A DNA stretch of 62,466 nucleotides, filler included, from a bacterium (GTDB taxonomy: Bacteria; JALSQH01): assembly GCA_027004335.1 (NCBI GenBank). It is 11 parts of 11 records of this genome, joined end to end, with 100 filler letters (N's around TTAATTAATTAA, not from the genome) between each part and the next. Parts side by side here need not be neighbours in the genome. Positions count along the whole stretch, not along the records: positions 39,391 to 56,368 come from JALTID010000247.1; positions 56,469 to 58,404 come from JALTID010000248.1; 9 more parts are not named here. One strand, written 5' to 3'. The stretch's first letter is position 1. Every line of letters starts with the position of its first letter. Shown in pieces: positions 47,419 to 57,342 of this stretch. Below the pieces are notes generated by a model that was not told where the DNA came from, searched no databases, and was given only the letters and a program-made list of their open reading frames with translations. Both the position numbers and the translations under genes were made by a program.

Positions 47419-50400
47419 TTACATACCCTCCTTTTTTCGAAGAACAAGGAGAAACAGCCCGGGCAGAATAAGAAGGATCAGGAAATTAGCAAGAGAACCA
47501 CTTCCACTTGTCATAACACATCCAAAGCCAGAATCTTCAACCACAAAGCCCTGAGTCACCTCTGCGACATTACCAGCTTCATCCACAGCCTTCACAGCAA
47601 GTATATGTTTTCCAACAGAAAGCCCGGAAAGCTCAATCTCTTTATCATAGGTGAATGGGGTCCACTTGGAACCATCCACACTGTAGGAGATCCTGATGTT
47701 CTCTGCAGGCGTGATGTAGTCGTTAGCATTCACATAGAATACTGGAGAATCATCTGTAAGGGTCTTACCAATTATATGTACTGTAGGTGCCTGTGTATCT
47801 ACCATAAACTCATATTTAACTGGTGTCCCCTCACGATGACCTTCCATATCCATAGCCTTGACCTCTAACACATGTTTCCCTTCCCACAGTCCATTCAGCT
47901 TAATCTCCTTTAATGGAAGGTACGGTGTCCACAATCCCCCATCAAGTCTGTAACTAAAGAGAATCGGTTCCCCCTGGCTGTCAGGATCATATGCAGTTAC
48001 TTTAAATACTGTCTGAACGCCAATCCTCTCAGGTTTTTCAAGTATAGTCTCCGGCGGAAACCCATCCGCAGGTATATAGCTATTCACAGTCGTTGATGGG
48101 CTAAGGCCACCACCACCTACAAGATTGCTTAATGAACTATGCCCCTTACCAGTAATAAGAGGATCTATCTGAGTAAGAAGGAACCTTGCCAACACTGGTT
48201 CAGTTACCTGCAAATAAAGCCCTATACCAGCTTCAAAATAATCACCAAATCCATTTTGATCAACATCACTGATATTACCATCACTTCCATTACCTGTCCC
48301 ACTAGTAACAAAACTTGGACCAATATATGGTGCACCAAGAGCTATCGGTAACCCCGTAAGAGCACCAAAATCAATTCCAACTTCAGCCCAACCACTAAGA
48401 TTAGAAGAAAGCAGCAACTGAAAAAGATTAGTGAGTGCTCCTCCATATACTTTTGTACTGTCAAAAGCATTAGCAGTAGTAAGCGCAGAACTCATTTCCT
48501 CATATTCAATAACTGCATTAATTCTAGGTTTGGCGAGACCTGCTATTCTCAATATTCTCAAAGTATATGCCGTAAACTCACATGGATATTGATTATCACC
48601 AAAGCCAAGGCACCCAATAGGAAATGGAGTACCTTTATATACATAGGGATTTTGAAGACCACTTACAGTACCACCATTCCCATTTTCTGTAACGGTAGTC
48701 ATTGGTAATGGTGTCATGTCAGGTCTTAGGATATCAATATTTAGACCTAATACGATTTCAAGATCAATAGCAAATGCTCTCCTGAGAATATTCCCCGCAT
48801 TGGAATCATACACATAGAACTCAACAACCAGATGGGGAATCACTATACTGAAATCAGGAGCAATTCCTTTATGAGGCAAATTATCAAAAGCCATAGCCTG
48901 AATTACTGGACCACCCATAATTGCAAAGGGTACTTTTACATCAGGTGGAATTGCTGGGGCAAACTCATAACCACCCCAGTAACCAGCGGTAACTCCATTA
49001 GGAAAACTACTTGCTGTATCCGGTGGCACAGGAGAATTTTTAAATAGAGGTAATATCCTGATTCTCATGACACTATCTGGAAATGCCTTCTCAAGAGCAG
49101 GAAATATCATCTTAAATGTTTCAGTATTTAGCAGCTTACTACTACCAAGCAATGGAATACTCAGATTTCCAAGAGGATTATTTGGATCATTTCCATCAAG
49201 ATCTATACAAAGTACTCCTTTTACCGCTAAATCATATATTAGCATACTGAGCAAATTTTGATGTAAAGCCAGGCCAATTGAATAAGTGAATGGTGATACA
49301 TAAAACGGAGGGTAATTATCAATTATTTTATAAGTCCCTGCTACCATCATTGGATCTTGACCCGGCGTAATAACCCAGTCTTTAACAGGATATGGCATCT
49401 GCCAACCATTAAGGACTCCACTAAATGCATCAGTAGAGGAATTACTATAATAATACCTAAGATTAAGAGGAGGAACAAGGTATGGATCATCATCCTTGCT
49501 ATTCCCAAGCCATCCATCTTGGTACCCTGTAAATGATGCCTCACTCCACACACAGCTTGTCACAGCACTAGCCGTATTGTTGGTTAAAGATCCATAGTAC
49601 CACAGAGATTCAATACCTACATTAAAAGGCATAACAACACCCCATTGATCAGCCCAGAATTCCCCTTGACCATCAAGATCAACATCACTGGTCAAACTAA
49701 GTTCTAACTGGAGAGTATCTGTACCTGATCTTAGCGGATCATCAAAAGTCATTCCGGCAAGCATTGATGAAATATCCACAACCCCTGTGGGCCCGAAATA
49801 ATAGCCTGGGGCGGGCCTTTCCTTGCTATAGAAAGTATTCTTCAAATATGCTCTAATTTGAGCTTCTATGAAGGGAATAACCTCTGTAAGTCTCGTAGAA
49901 ACAGCATAAGTTGAATCATCTTCCTCACTATCTGTAGGACCTCCGTTATCTTTTATCGTAGCTGATGATTGAGGATCACAATTATATTTATTATCTGTGG
50001 GAGGATTATAATTAACTGTTCCATCAGCTCTTACATATGCCCATACCCCTAATCCATCTTCGCCAGGGTTACTTGATTTACAGTAAGGTCCACCATTTAA
50101 TACTAATTGAATCTCAGTATCAAGTTCCAAATCCTCTAAGGAGAATCCAATAGCGACCACTCTCGGATATACCTCATCATTAAATGTAGAAAGAATTTTT
50201 AAATCAAGAGAGAGCTTAAATGTTGGAATAACAAGTTTACCAGTTGCTTTGAGATAATTGCTCAGATCCGTAGCTGGATCATCTACCAGATCATCTTCCC
50301 AATCCTTCACCGTCTCTGTAGTTGATAATTGATCATAATGCGGAGGCTCAAACAAAACATCCAGCGTAAAATCACTGAGTGTTAAAGATATAGAAAGAAC

Positions 50401-51132
50401 ATCATCATCTGACCTGGGATTATCTGAAGAAAAGCCCATTGATGAAGATGGTATTCCAGAAAGCTCCCTATCACTTACCTCATTTGGATAAAACTGAAAA
50501 GTTGAGTGGTTAGGGTCGTAATTAAATACAAGACCATTGGGATTTCCGTTATCTATATCATACAAATACATATTCAGACATACCTCACCTACCAGTGGAA
50601 CATTTGAACAGCCCCTAATAATGGGTTTGGGTTCCCATCCATTTTTAATACCATCATGATTATAATCTGCATCCACATGCCTAAATGTGGCTGTATCAAA
50701 ATCTACTTCAGTGGAAGTATCAGCATCAGTAAACCTCTTGATGGTTAAATCAAGATAGTTCCTGAAGTAAGGAATAGTCCCATAATCTCCTCCCTGGCCA
50801 CTCATCAACAGAGAATTAACTACAGCCTGAACAAATCCCATAAATGTATCTCTTGGGGCTTCGGAGGCATTTGGCGACCCTGTTAATCTTAGAGCCAAGA
50901 CATACTGCTGTGGAAATTCTCCATAATATTTGGAATCATATGTGGCCGAATAGTCCCATTGAGAACCGGCTATAGGGCCCGTAACAACTACAGGAAAATC
51001 GTACAGGTCGATGAGATCTGACCTGGTAATGTTGTTGAACATTTGACCTATACTCTTATACGCAGAAAGCGAGCTTGCTATAAAAGGCATAACAAGCAAG
51101 GTAATTAATAAAGTTTTCAAGCTACTTTTCAT
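47419..51132 (-). CDS. Large secreted surface protein with two C-terminal Ig-like domains and a MYXO-CTERM-like anchor
   Basis: Signal peptide; several Dx(D/N)xDG-like loops; two Ig repeats (YRLDG..W...G.H.L.VKA.D); tail SGFGC-S/G linker-TM-RKK. Confidence 0.75.
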   Translation of the reverse strand: MKSSLKTLLITLLVMPFIASSLSAYKSIGQMFNNITRSDLIDLYDFPVVVTGPIAGSQWDYSATYDSKYYGEFPQQYVLALRLTGSPNASEAPRDTFMGFVQAVVNSLLMSGQGGDYGTIPYFRNYLDLTIKRFTDADTSTEVDFDTATFRHVDADYNHDGIKNGWEPKPIIRGCSNVPLVGEVCLNMYLYDIDNGNPNGLVFNYDPNHSTFQFYPNEVSDRELSGIPSSSMGFSSDNPRSDDDVLSISLTLSDFTLDVLFEPPHYDQLSTTETVKDWEDDLVDDPATDLSNYLKATGKLVIPTFKLSLDLKILSTFNDEVYPRVVAIGFSLEDLELDTEIQLVLNGGPYCKSSNPGEDGLGVWAYVRADGTVNYNPPTDNKYNCDPQSSATIKDNGGPTDSEEDDSTYAVSTRLTEVIPFIEAQIRAYLKNTFYSKERPAPGYYFGPTGVVDISSMLAGMTFDDPLRSGTDTLQLELSLTSDVDLDGQGEFWADQWGVVMPFNVGIESLWYYGSLTNNTASAVTSCVWSEASFTGYQDGWLGNSKDDDPYLVPPLNLRYYYSNSSTDAFSGVLNGWQMPYPVKDWVITPGQDPMMVAGTYKIIDNYPPFYVSPFTYSIGLALHQNLLSMLIYDLAVKGVLCIDLDGNDPNNPLGNLSIPLLGSSKLLNTETFKMIFPALEKAFPDSVMRIRILPLFKNSPVPPDTASSFPNGVTAGYWGGYEFAPAIPPDVKVPFAIMGGPVIQAMAFDNLPHKGIAPDFSIVIPHLVVEFYVYDSNAGNILRRAFAIDLEIVLGLNIDILRPDMTPLPMTTVTENGNGGTVSGLQNPYVYKGTPFPIGCLGFGDNQYPCEFTAYTLRILRIAGLAKPRINAVIEYEEMSSALTTANAFDSTKVYGGALTNLFQLLLSSNLSGWAEVGIDFGALTGLPIALGAPYIGPSFVTSGTGNGSDGNISDVDQNGFGDYFEAGIGLYLQVTEPVLARFLLTQIDPLITGKGHSSLSNLVGGGGLSPSTTVNSYIPADGFPPETILEKPERIGVQTVFKVTAYDPDSQGEPILFSYRLDGGLWTPYLPLKEIKLNGLWEGKHVLEVKAMDMEGHREGTPVKYEFMVDTQAPTVHIIGKTLTDDSPVFYVNANDYITPAENIRISYSVDGSKWTPFTYDKEIELSGLSVGKHILAVKAVDEAGNVAEVTQGFVVEDSGFGCVMTSGSGSLANFLILLILPGLFLLVLRKKEGM

Positions 51133-51232
51133 AACCTACCTCCCTTTTTGAAGTTAAACTTTTTTGAAAAAATTTGGTCCCATTTAATAAAGGGGCCCCA
51201 CGGATACGATAAAAAAATCTTCTCCTTTTCAT
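51122..51232 (-). CDS. Candidate 36-aa leader peptide (uORF)
   Basis: AAGGAGGT RBS 4-5 nt before ATG; MKRRRFFYRIRGAPLLNGTKFFQKSLTSKREVGYEK*. It overlaps the RBS and ATG of the 1237-aa gene. Confidence 0.4.
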   Translation of the reverse strand: MKRRRFFYRIRGAPLLNGTKFFQKSLTSKREVGYEK

Positions 51233-51295
51233 TGCTTACCTCCTTGTTTTTACTAACTCCTTCCCACCTTAACATATTATCTCTTATACTTGTTA

Positions 51296-51325
51296 ATTAT
51301 ATAGCAATTTTTTATCTTCTGTCAA
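51296..51325 (-). promoter_or_regulatory. sigma70-type promoter for the 1237-aa gene
   Basis: TTGACA-18 bp-TATAAT. Confidence 0.6.
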
Positions 51326-51334
51326 CCCCACGTC

Positions 51335-51362
51335 TTGAATATTAATAAGTCTATGATAAAAT
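51335..51362 (+). promoter_or_regulatory. Divergent promoter for the 51373 operon
   Basis: TTGAAT-16 bp-(TGa)TAAAAT. Confidence 0.45.
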
Positions 51363-51372
51363 ATTATAGGAG

Positions 51373-51744
51373 GTGAAAGAAATGTTACCAGGATTTAATC
51401 ATAATATAGTATACAGAGGTAAAATGTATCACATCCAGACGGAAGATAGTGGTCCCAGAAGACCCGTAATTATTACGCACCTTTTTTTAGGGGGTAATAT
51501 TATTGCTACAAAAAAAACAGATTACTCAGAAATAGCCAAAGAAGAGGGGATTGAGGAAATCATCAGGGAACTTATGGAAGAACAACATTCTGAAATGCTC
51601 CGGGACCTGAAAAATGGAAAATTTGATCCGGAGAAACCGAAACAGGAAGAAGAAGAAGAAAAAACCATAGGGGATGAAACTGTGGAAGGTGAAAGTGTTG
51701 ATAATGTAATTCTGGATTATTTAGGGGACAGTATAAAGGAGTAG
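51373..51744 (+). CDS. Conserved hypothetical protein (deltaproteobacterial/myxobacterial GFNHN-HIQTED family)
   Basis: GFNHNI.Y.G..YHIQTEDSG...I.THLF.GG.I..TKK..Y...LM..QH. Confidence 0.65.
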   Translation: MKEMLPGFNHNIVYRGKMYHIQTEDSGPRRPVIITHLFLGGNIIATKKTDYSEIAKEEGIEEIIRELMEEQHSEMLRDLKNGKFDPEKPKQEEEEEKTIGDETVEGESVDNVILDYLGDSIKE

Positions 51745-51751
51745 GGTAATT

Positions 51752-52627
51752 ATGGAAAAAAGTGATCTCCTTCTTTCCTCTCCCACTTCAGAGGAAATTC
51801 TCAACTTAAAGTTAAAAAGCGTCGTCATTAGAAGAAAGATCTTAAAGATGCTTCATCTTGCCAAAAGTGGCCACACAGGTGGATCTCTTTCTATTGTGGA
51901 GATTCTTGTTGCACTCTACTTTAAGGTGATGAAATATGACCCCAAAAATCCAGATTGGGGAAATAGAGACAGATTAATTCTTAGTAAGGGACACGCAGCA
52001 CCTGCTCTCTACGCAGTTCTTGCTGAGATAGGGTACTTTCAAGAAGAAGAATTATGGAGATTAAGAAAACTTGGGGCACCTCTTCAGGGACATCCTGATT
52101 CTAATAAAACTCCCGGGGTAGAAATCTCCACAGGTTCTCTGGGGCAGGGATTGGGAATAGGTAGTGGAGTTGCACTTGCTTTAAAGCTCAAACAAAATTC
52201 AGCCATGGTCTATGTTATTTTAGGCGACGGCGAAATGCAGGAGGGAATGGTCTGGGAAGCAATAATGGCTTCTGGACACTACAAACTTGATAATCTCTGT
52301 GCCATATTAGACAACAACAATTTACAGATAGACGGGAAGGTGAGTGACATAATGTCCATCTATCCTGTTGAAGATAAATTAAAAGCCTTTGGCTGGAATA
52401 TAATTACCATAGATGGGCATGATTTTTCCTCTATAATCTCAGCCTTAACTCTTGCCAGGACCACAAAGGGGAAACCTACCTTCATAATTGCCCATACGGT
52501 GAAGGGAAAAGGTGTATCAATTTTTGAAAATAAAGCTAAATACCATGGTGTTGCCCCAAATGATGAAGAATTTGAAATCGCTATGCAGGAACTTCAAAAA
52601 CAGGAAGAGGATCTGCTAAATGGATAA
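51752..52627 (+). CDS. Transketolase, N-terminal subunit
   Basis: GHTGGSLS, DR.ILSKGH, LQGHP, GSLGQG, GDGE..EG, KGKG. Confidence 0.92.
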   Translation: MEKSDLLLSSPTSEEILNLKLKSVVIRRKILKMLHLAKSGHTGGSLSIVEILVALYFKVMKYDPKNPDWGNRDRLILSKGHAAPALYAVLAEIGYFQEEELWRLRKLGAPLQGHPDSNKTPGVEISTGSLGQGLGIGSGVALALKLKQNSAMVYVILGDGEMQEGMVWEAIMASGHYKLDNLCAILDNNNLQIDGKVSDIMSIYPVEDKLKAFGWNIITIDGHDFSSIISALTLARTTKGKPTFIIAHTVKGKGVSIFENKAKYHGVAPNDEEFEIAMQELQKQEEDLLNG

Positions 52628-53552
52628 AAAAGCTACAAGGGATGCCTATGGTGAAGCTCTTGTAGAGTTAGGCAAAAAAGATCCAAGAATAGTTGTACTT
52701 GACGCTGACCTCTCTGGCTCAACCAGAACAGCAAAATTTGCAAAAGAATTTCCTGACAGATTTTTCAATATGGGAATTGCAGAACAGAATCTCATGGTTG
52801 CTGCGGCAGGTTTTGCCATTACAGGTTTTATCCCTTTTGCAAGCACATTTGCCATTTTCGCAACCGGTAGAGCATGGGAACCCATAAGGCAATCAATCGC
52901 CTATTCAAATATAAATGTAAAAATTGTGGCAAGCCACGCAGGAATAACTGTCGGTGAAGATGGTGGTTCTCATCAGGCAGTGGAAGATATCACTCTTATG
53001 AGGGTGATCCCAAATATGCATGTTTTTGTTCCTGCTGATGCAACAGAAACCAGAAAAGTTATTGAAAAAGTAGTGGAAATTGAAGGACCATGCTATGTTA
53101 GAACTGGAAGAAGCAAGGTTCCGATTATCTTTGACGATAACTACAAATTTGAACCAGGAAAAGCTCACAGGGTTCGGGAAGGAAAAGATGTTTCAATTAT
53201 AGCCACAGGCATTGAGGTTTATGAATCTCTAAGAGCAGCAGAGCTATTGAAAAGAGAAGGAATTTCAGCTTCTGTAGTTAACATGTCTTCAATTAAGCCA
53301 ATTGATAAGGAAATTATAGTTGAAGAAGCAGAAAGTACAGGCAGAATTGTAACGGTAGAAGAACACAGTATCTATGGAGGACTTGGAAGTGCAGTAGCAG
53401 AAGTACTTTGTCAGAGTTTACCTGCGAAGCTAAAAATTATAGGAATAAAGGATGAATTTGGTATTTCTGGAAAAGCAGAAGAATTAGTCAAGTATTTCGG
53501 ACTTGATTCAGAATCAATCGCCCGGGAAGTTAAAAGATTTTTAAATGAATGA
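52620..53552 (+). CDS. Transketolase, C-terminal subunit
   Basis: DADL..ST, GIAEQN, GEDG.SHQ, EEHS..GGLG. Confidence 0.92.
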   Translation: MDKKATRDAYGEALVELGKKDPRIVVLDADLSGSTRTAKFAKEFPDRFFNMGIAEQNLMVAAAGFAITGFIPFASTFAIFATGRAWEPIRQSIAYSNINVKIVASHAGITVGEDGGSHQAVEDITLMRVIPNMHVFVPADATETRKVIEKVVEIEGPCYVRTGRSKVPIIFDDNYKFEPGKAHRVREGKDVSIIATGIEVYESLRAAELLKREGISASVVNMSSIKPIDKEIIVEEAESTGRIVTVEEHSIYGGLGSAVAEVLCQSLPAKLKIIGIKDEFGISGKAEELVKYFGLDSESIAREVKRFLNE

Positions 53553-54223
53553 TAGAGCTATACCATGTTGATAAAAAATATCCACCAGGTATCTATGCAC
53601 TAAAAGATATAACTTTCAAGGTTGAAAAAGGGGAATTTGTTTATATAACTGGTCCCAGTGGGGCAGGAAAAACTACTCTCCTATCAATCATCTATCTCAG
53701 TACCAGGCCAACAAGCGGAAAGGTCTTTGTACTCGGAAAGGACCTCACTCGAATAAAACCTGATCATTATCCAAAGTTCAGGAGGGAGCTTGGAATAGTT
53801 TTTCAAAACTTCAGACTACTCAAAAATAGAACTGTCTATGAGAACATCGCCATACCTCTACTCATAAGAGGAATGGATACTGAGAAAATAAGAAAAAAAA
53901 TTAACTATCTTTTAAATTTTGTGGGACTCTACTCCAAACGATGGTCATACCCTGATGAACTCTCTGGAGGGGAGCAACAGAGGGCAGCTATCGCAAGAGC
54001 TATTGCCAACGATCCATTCCTGCTCCTTGCTGATGAACCTACCGGGAATTTAGATGAAGAAATGTCAATTGAAATACTCTACCTTCTGAAAGAAATCAAT
54101 CTCAAGGGTGTAACAATCCTTCTTGCAACTCATAACAAAGATATAATGAAATTATTCCCTGGAAGGAATATTCACCTTGAAAACGGACAATTGATCAATG
54201 AGCAGACTAAGATACTGGATTAA
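53549..54223 (+). CDS. ftsE: Cell division ABC ATPase FtsE
   Basis: [42 protein letters not shown]. Context ftsX-envC. Confidence 0.88.
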   Translation: MIELYHVDKKYPPGIYALKDITFKVEKGEFVYITGPSGAGKTTLLSIIYLSTRPTSGKVFVLGKDLTRIKPDHYPKFRRELGIVFQNFRLLKNRTVYENIAIPLLIRGMDTEKIRKKINYLLNFVGLYSKRWSYPDELSGGEQQRAAIARAIANDPFLLLADEPTGNLDEEMSIEILYLLKEINLKGVTILLATHNKDIMKLFPGRNIHLENGQLINEQTKILD

Positions 54224-55022
54224 CACCTTTTACTCATACATATTCCGGGATATCTGGAGGATATTCTTATCCACTCTGGTAGGAGGAATATCGCTATATT
54301 TACTCGTATTTTCAGTACTTTTTCTAAAAGAGGCTTACAAAAGCAAACATTATTACAGGGTTTTCATAACAGTATCAAACAAAACCCCTCATAGCGACTT
54401 TACAAGGATCCAGAATTTCCTCAGATCTTCTGAAAATAATATAAAATTAAAAATCCTCTCGCCAGTGGAAAAATTAAAGAAACTCTCCATTAAATCAGAG
54501 GAAATTGAGAAGATTCTACCATATACAATAATAGCTTACTCGTCTATGCCATTAAAACTCAATTTTCCCTCTGATCTCAAAGCATTTATCATCAGGGTTA
54601 CCTCTACTCCACCAGGAGAGAAAGAATTCAGAAGAGTGTTATCAGTTGTAAGAAACTTCTTCATCTTCCTCAGCATCTCTCTTTTGTTCGGAACAATACT
54701 GATAATAATCCTCACCCTTCACCTTTCTTTCATATCTCATATTGAAGAGATAAAAACACTTCAGATGTTAGGCGCAAATAGAACATTTATCAATATACCC
54801 CTCTATTTTGAAGGTATCTTTACTGGGATCACCAGTAGCATAATCGCAATTCTCATGTTCCTTGCCACAGAATTTTTGCTCAAAAGATACTATCCTCCAC
54901 TTCTTGTTCTTCTGAACGGAATAGAATACGACATCATTTCCATAAGTTCCGGGATATTGTTGGGAATTGCTGGAAGTTTTTTAGGAACAATTTTTCTTTT
55001 ACGGATGGAGGAGGCATCCTGA
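54198..55022 (+). CDS. ftsX: Cell division permease FtsX (divergent)
   Basis: 1+3 TM topology, EI......GA...FI..P...EG. Confidence 0.75.
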   Translation: MSRLRYWINTFYSYIFRDIWRIFLSTLVGGISLYLLVFSVLFLKEAYKSKHYYRVFITVSNKTPHSDFTRIQNFLRSSENNIKLKILSPVEKLKKLSIKSEEIEKILPYTIIAYSSMPLKLNFPSDLKAFIIRVTSTPPGEKEFRRVLSVVRNFFIFLSISLLFGTILIIILTLHLSFISHIEEIKTLQMLGANRTFINIPLYFEGIFTGITSSIIAILMFLATEFLLKRYYPPLLVLLNGIEYDIISISSGILLGIAGSFLGTIFLLRMEEAS

Positions 55023-55030
55023 AGGCACTT

Positions 55031-56011
55031 TTGATAATATTTTTTGCATTGGTCCAGTTTCAGGGAGACCCTTTTCAGGAATATCTCTCCATTGAGGAGA
55101 AATATTACCACCTTCTTCTAAAAATGCAGAATCTAAATAACCAGAAAAGTAAAGTAGAAAAGGAGATAAAAACTCTGAGGGAAAAAGAAGCAGTCCTTAC
55201 AAAAGAAAAAGAACAAATTCTGAAGGAAGTTTCCTGCTTTTCAGGAGTTAATTTTCAGTTTGATCAACCTCTTCCGGTGATTTTCACAATTCTTTCCCCA
55301 AGAATAAAAGAACAATTCTATATTGAAAAAGAAATTGAATACCTCCTCATCCAAAAATTGGAAAAATTATCCAAAATAGAGGGAGAATTTACCGATACAG
55401 AGCAAACTCTACAGAAGAATTTAAACTCGCTGAAAAAGCTCTCAAAACTGACACGGGAAATTATTTCAAATGTAGAGGAAAAAAGAAGAAAAAAAATCAA
55501 TGTCATCAAGAAAATAGTTTCTAATCAAAAGGAGTTAAAAAAATACCTTGCTTACAAGAGGAAAAATATCGGAAGTATTAATGTTACATATGAGGAAGAA
55601 GCACCTATTCAACAAATTAAAGGCAAACTTGAATTTCCCGCTGCCGGTAAAATAATTACTCCATATGGAGAATATTACGATAGTAGAAGCGGAGTAAAAT
55701 TATTTTCACCAGGTATTGTTATAAAAACCCCACCTCTAACTCCAGTAAAAGCCATTTATACGGGAAAAGTTATATTTGCTGGACCTGTTAAAGGCTATGA
55801 TTATGTGGTAATAATCTCCCATCCAGGTAATTTCTTCTCAGTATACGGTAGGTTAGGGGTAACCCTGGTAAGAAAAGGCAATAACATAATAACAGGGCAG
55901 ATTATTGGGGTTGTGGCAGATTATAAAAAAGATTCAAGCTTATATTTTGAACTGAGAAAAGGTGAAAAACCAATTAATCCCAGAGAATGGATTACCGGCA
56001 ATTCCAGATAA
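55031..56011 (+). CDS. envC: EnvC-like murein hydrolase activator (coiled coil + degenerate M23)
   Basis: Long coiled coil, KGKL.FP..G, G.VIFAG, LYFELR..P..W; zinc ligands absent (FSPGI, YGRL). Confidence 0.75.
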   Translation: MIIFFALVQFQGDPFQEYLSIEEKYYHLLLKMQNLNNQKSKVEKEIKTLREKEAVLTKEKEQILKEVSCFSGVNFQFDQPLPVIFTILSPRIKEQFYIEKEIEYLLIQKLEKLSKIEGEFTDTEQTLQKNLNSLKKLSKLTREIISNVEEKRRKKINVIKKIVSNQKELKKYLAYKRKNIGSINVTYEEEAPIQQIKGKLEFPAAGKIITPYGEYYDSRSGVKLFSPGIVIKTPPLTPVKAIYTGKVIFAGPVKGYDYVVIISHPGNFFSVYGRLGVTLVRKGNNIITGQIIGVVADYKKDSSLYFELRKGEKPINPREWITGNSR

Positions 56012-56368
56012 CCACCCCTTTTCCCGGGATCTTTATAAAGGGGGAATGGAAAGTAAGTTCATATCCAACTGGTAAAAACCTACACCCTTCATTATTTATA
56101 TTATTAAAATTAAAATAAAATTTAAGGAAAAGGCCTTTTCCTGCTTCATTTCCCGCAAAAGTTGCAATTTTGCCTGTATTTATAAAACCTCTCTTAAATA
56201 AAAAAGTTTTCCCCGCAATATTTAATAAAGTGACTCCTCTAATCTTGTTAAAAAAGGAAAGAAAATAGTAAGATTCTGTTCTGCTTGCGAAAAACTTAAG
56301 AGGAAATCTTTTTTCACCTGAGAGATAAAAACTCATAATCCACTTGAAATGGAATATTATGCCCACTT
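55992..56368 (-). CDS. Hypothetical protein (5' truncated)
   Basis: Open frame to the contig end; no motif recognised. Confidence 0.4.
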
Positions 56369-56468
56369 NNNNNNNNNNNNNNNNNNNNNNNNNNNNNNNN
56401 NNNNNNNNNNNNTTAATTAATTAANNNNNNNNNNNNNNNNNNNNNNNNNNNNNNNNNNNNNNNNNNNN
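56369..56468. other. Artificial contig spacer
   Basis: N-run / TTAATTAATTAA / N-run. Confidence 0.98.
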
Positions 56469-56469
56469 A

Positions 56470-57342
56470 AAGGTTACTTCAAAATATATTTTTGACTTCG
56501 CTGCATTCCTCATACTTCTCCTTAATCCCTTTGCCCTCTTTTCTATTTCCTTTCAGCTCTCTTTTTTGAGTTATGGTTTGATTCTTCTTTTTGTAGATCT
56601 ATCCAGGGCTCTTGTAAAAAATGTAAAAAAGAGTGGCATATTGATGCAGTTGTGGCTTTCATTTCTTTCTTTTCCCTTTTCTTCTTTCCTTTTTGGGATA
56701 GTTCCCCTTTTTTCACCGCTTATTAACATAGTTTTTATTCCCTTCTTTGGATTTGTAGTATTTCCTCTAATGGTGAGCAGTCAGATAGCGGGGATCTTAA
56801 ATGAGCAATGGCTGCCCATCTGGAGCAGAATTTTAAAAATCATTTTGGATCTTTTTTTCAAATTTGGAAACAGAATCCCTGCTCTCTACTTTAATCTCCC
56901 TTTCAACTTCATCGTTGCACTTCTCTCTTTAATTGGAGTCTCTTTCTATAAATACAGGAAAGGATGGAGGTGGGTGATATATCTTTTTGTGATAATTCAA
57001 ATTGGGGGAGGATTATATGTTTTGGAAAGAGATCAAAGTAAATTAATAATATCTGAGGAAATGATGGATGTTGAGCTGAGAAGATATATCCCTGGTGATG
57101 GTGGAAGGAACAGTATCCTTAGAAGGATTAATACATATCCGGTTATGATAAGTGTAAGGGGAGATGCTCTTGAGGTGAGGAGAGGAATCTTTTGCAGGTC
57201 ATTTCTGCTTCCTGGAAAGGGCAAGACTCAACGCAGTTGTCAGCTTGGCGACATCTTCGTTAGCCTGTTTCAACCTGTGGCTAAGAGTTTCCGCAATATT
57301 TTTAATCACAACATACCCCAGTTCGCAATCCCCCTCGGCTAA
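56470..57342 (+). CDS. comEC: ComEC/Rec2 competence membrane domain (5' truncated)
   Basis: Frame open from the contig start: LLLNPFALFSISFQLSF, then PLINIVFIP. No C-terminal MBL domain. Confidence 0.75.
   Translation, partial: KVTSKYIFDFAAFLILLLNPFALFSISFQLSFLSYGLILLFVDLSRALVKNVKKSGILMQLWLSFLSFPFSSFLFGIVPLFSPLINIVFIPFFGFVVFPLMVSSQIAGILNEQWLPIWSRILKIILDLFFKFGNRIPALYFNLPFNFIVALLSLIGVSFYKYRKGWRWVIYLFVIIQIGGGLYVLERDQSKLIISEEMMDVELRRYIPGDGGRNSILRRINTYPVMISVRGDALEVRRGIFCRSFLLPGKGKTQRSCQLGDIFVSLFQPVAKSFRNIFNHNIPQFAIPLG

Noticed and set aside
55031-56011. M23 peptidase lacking zinc ligands as a novelty
   Set aside because: Expected for EnvC next to ftsEX.
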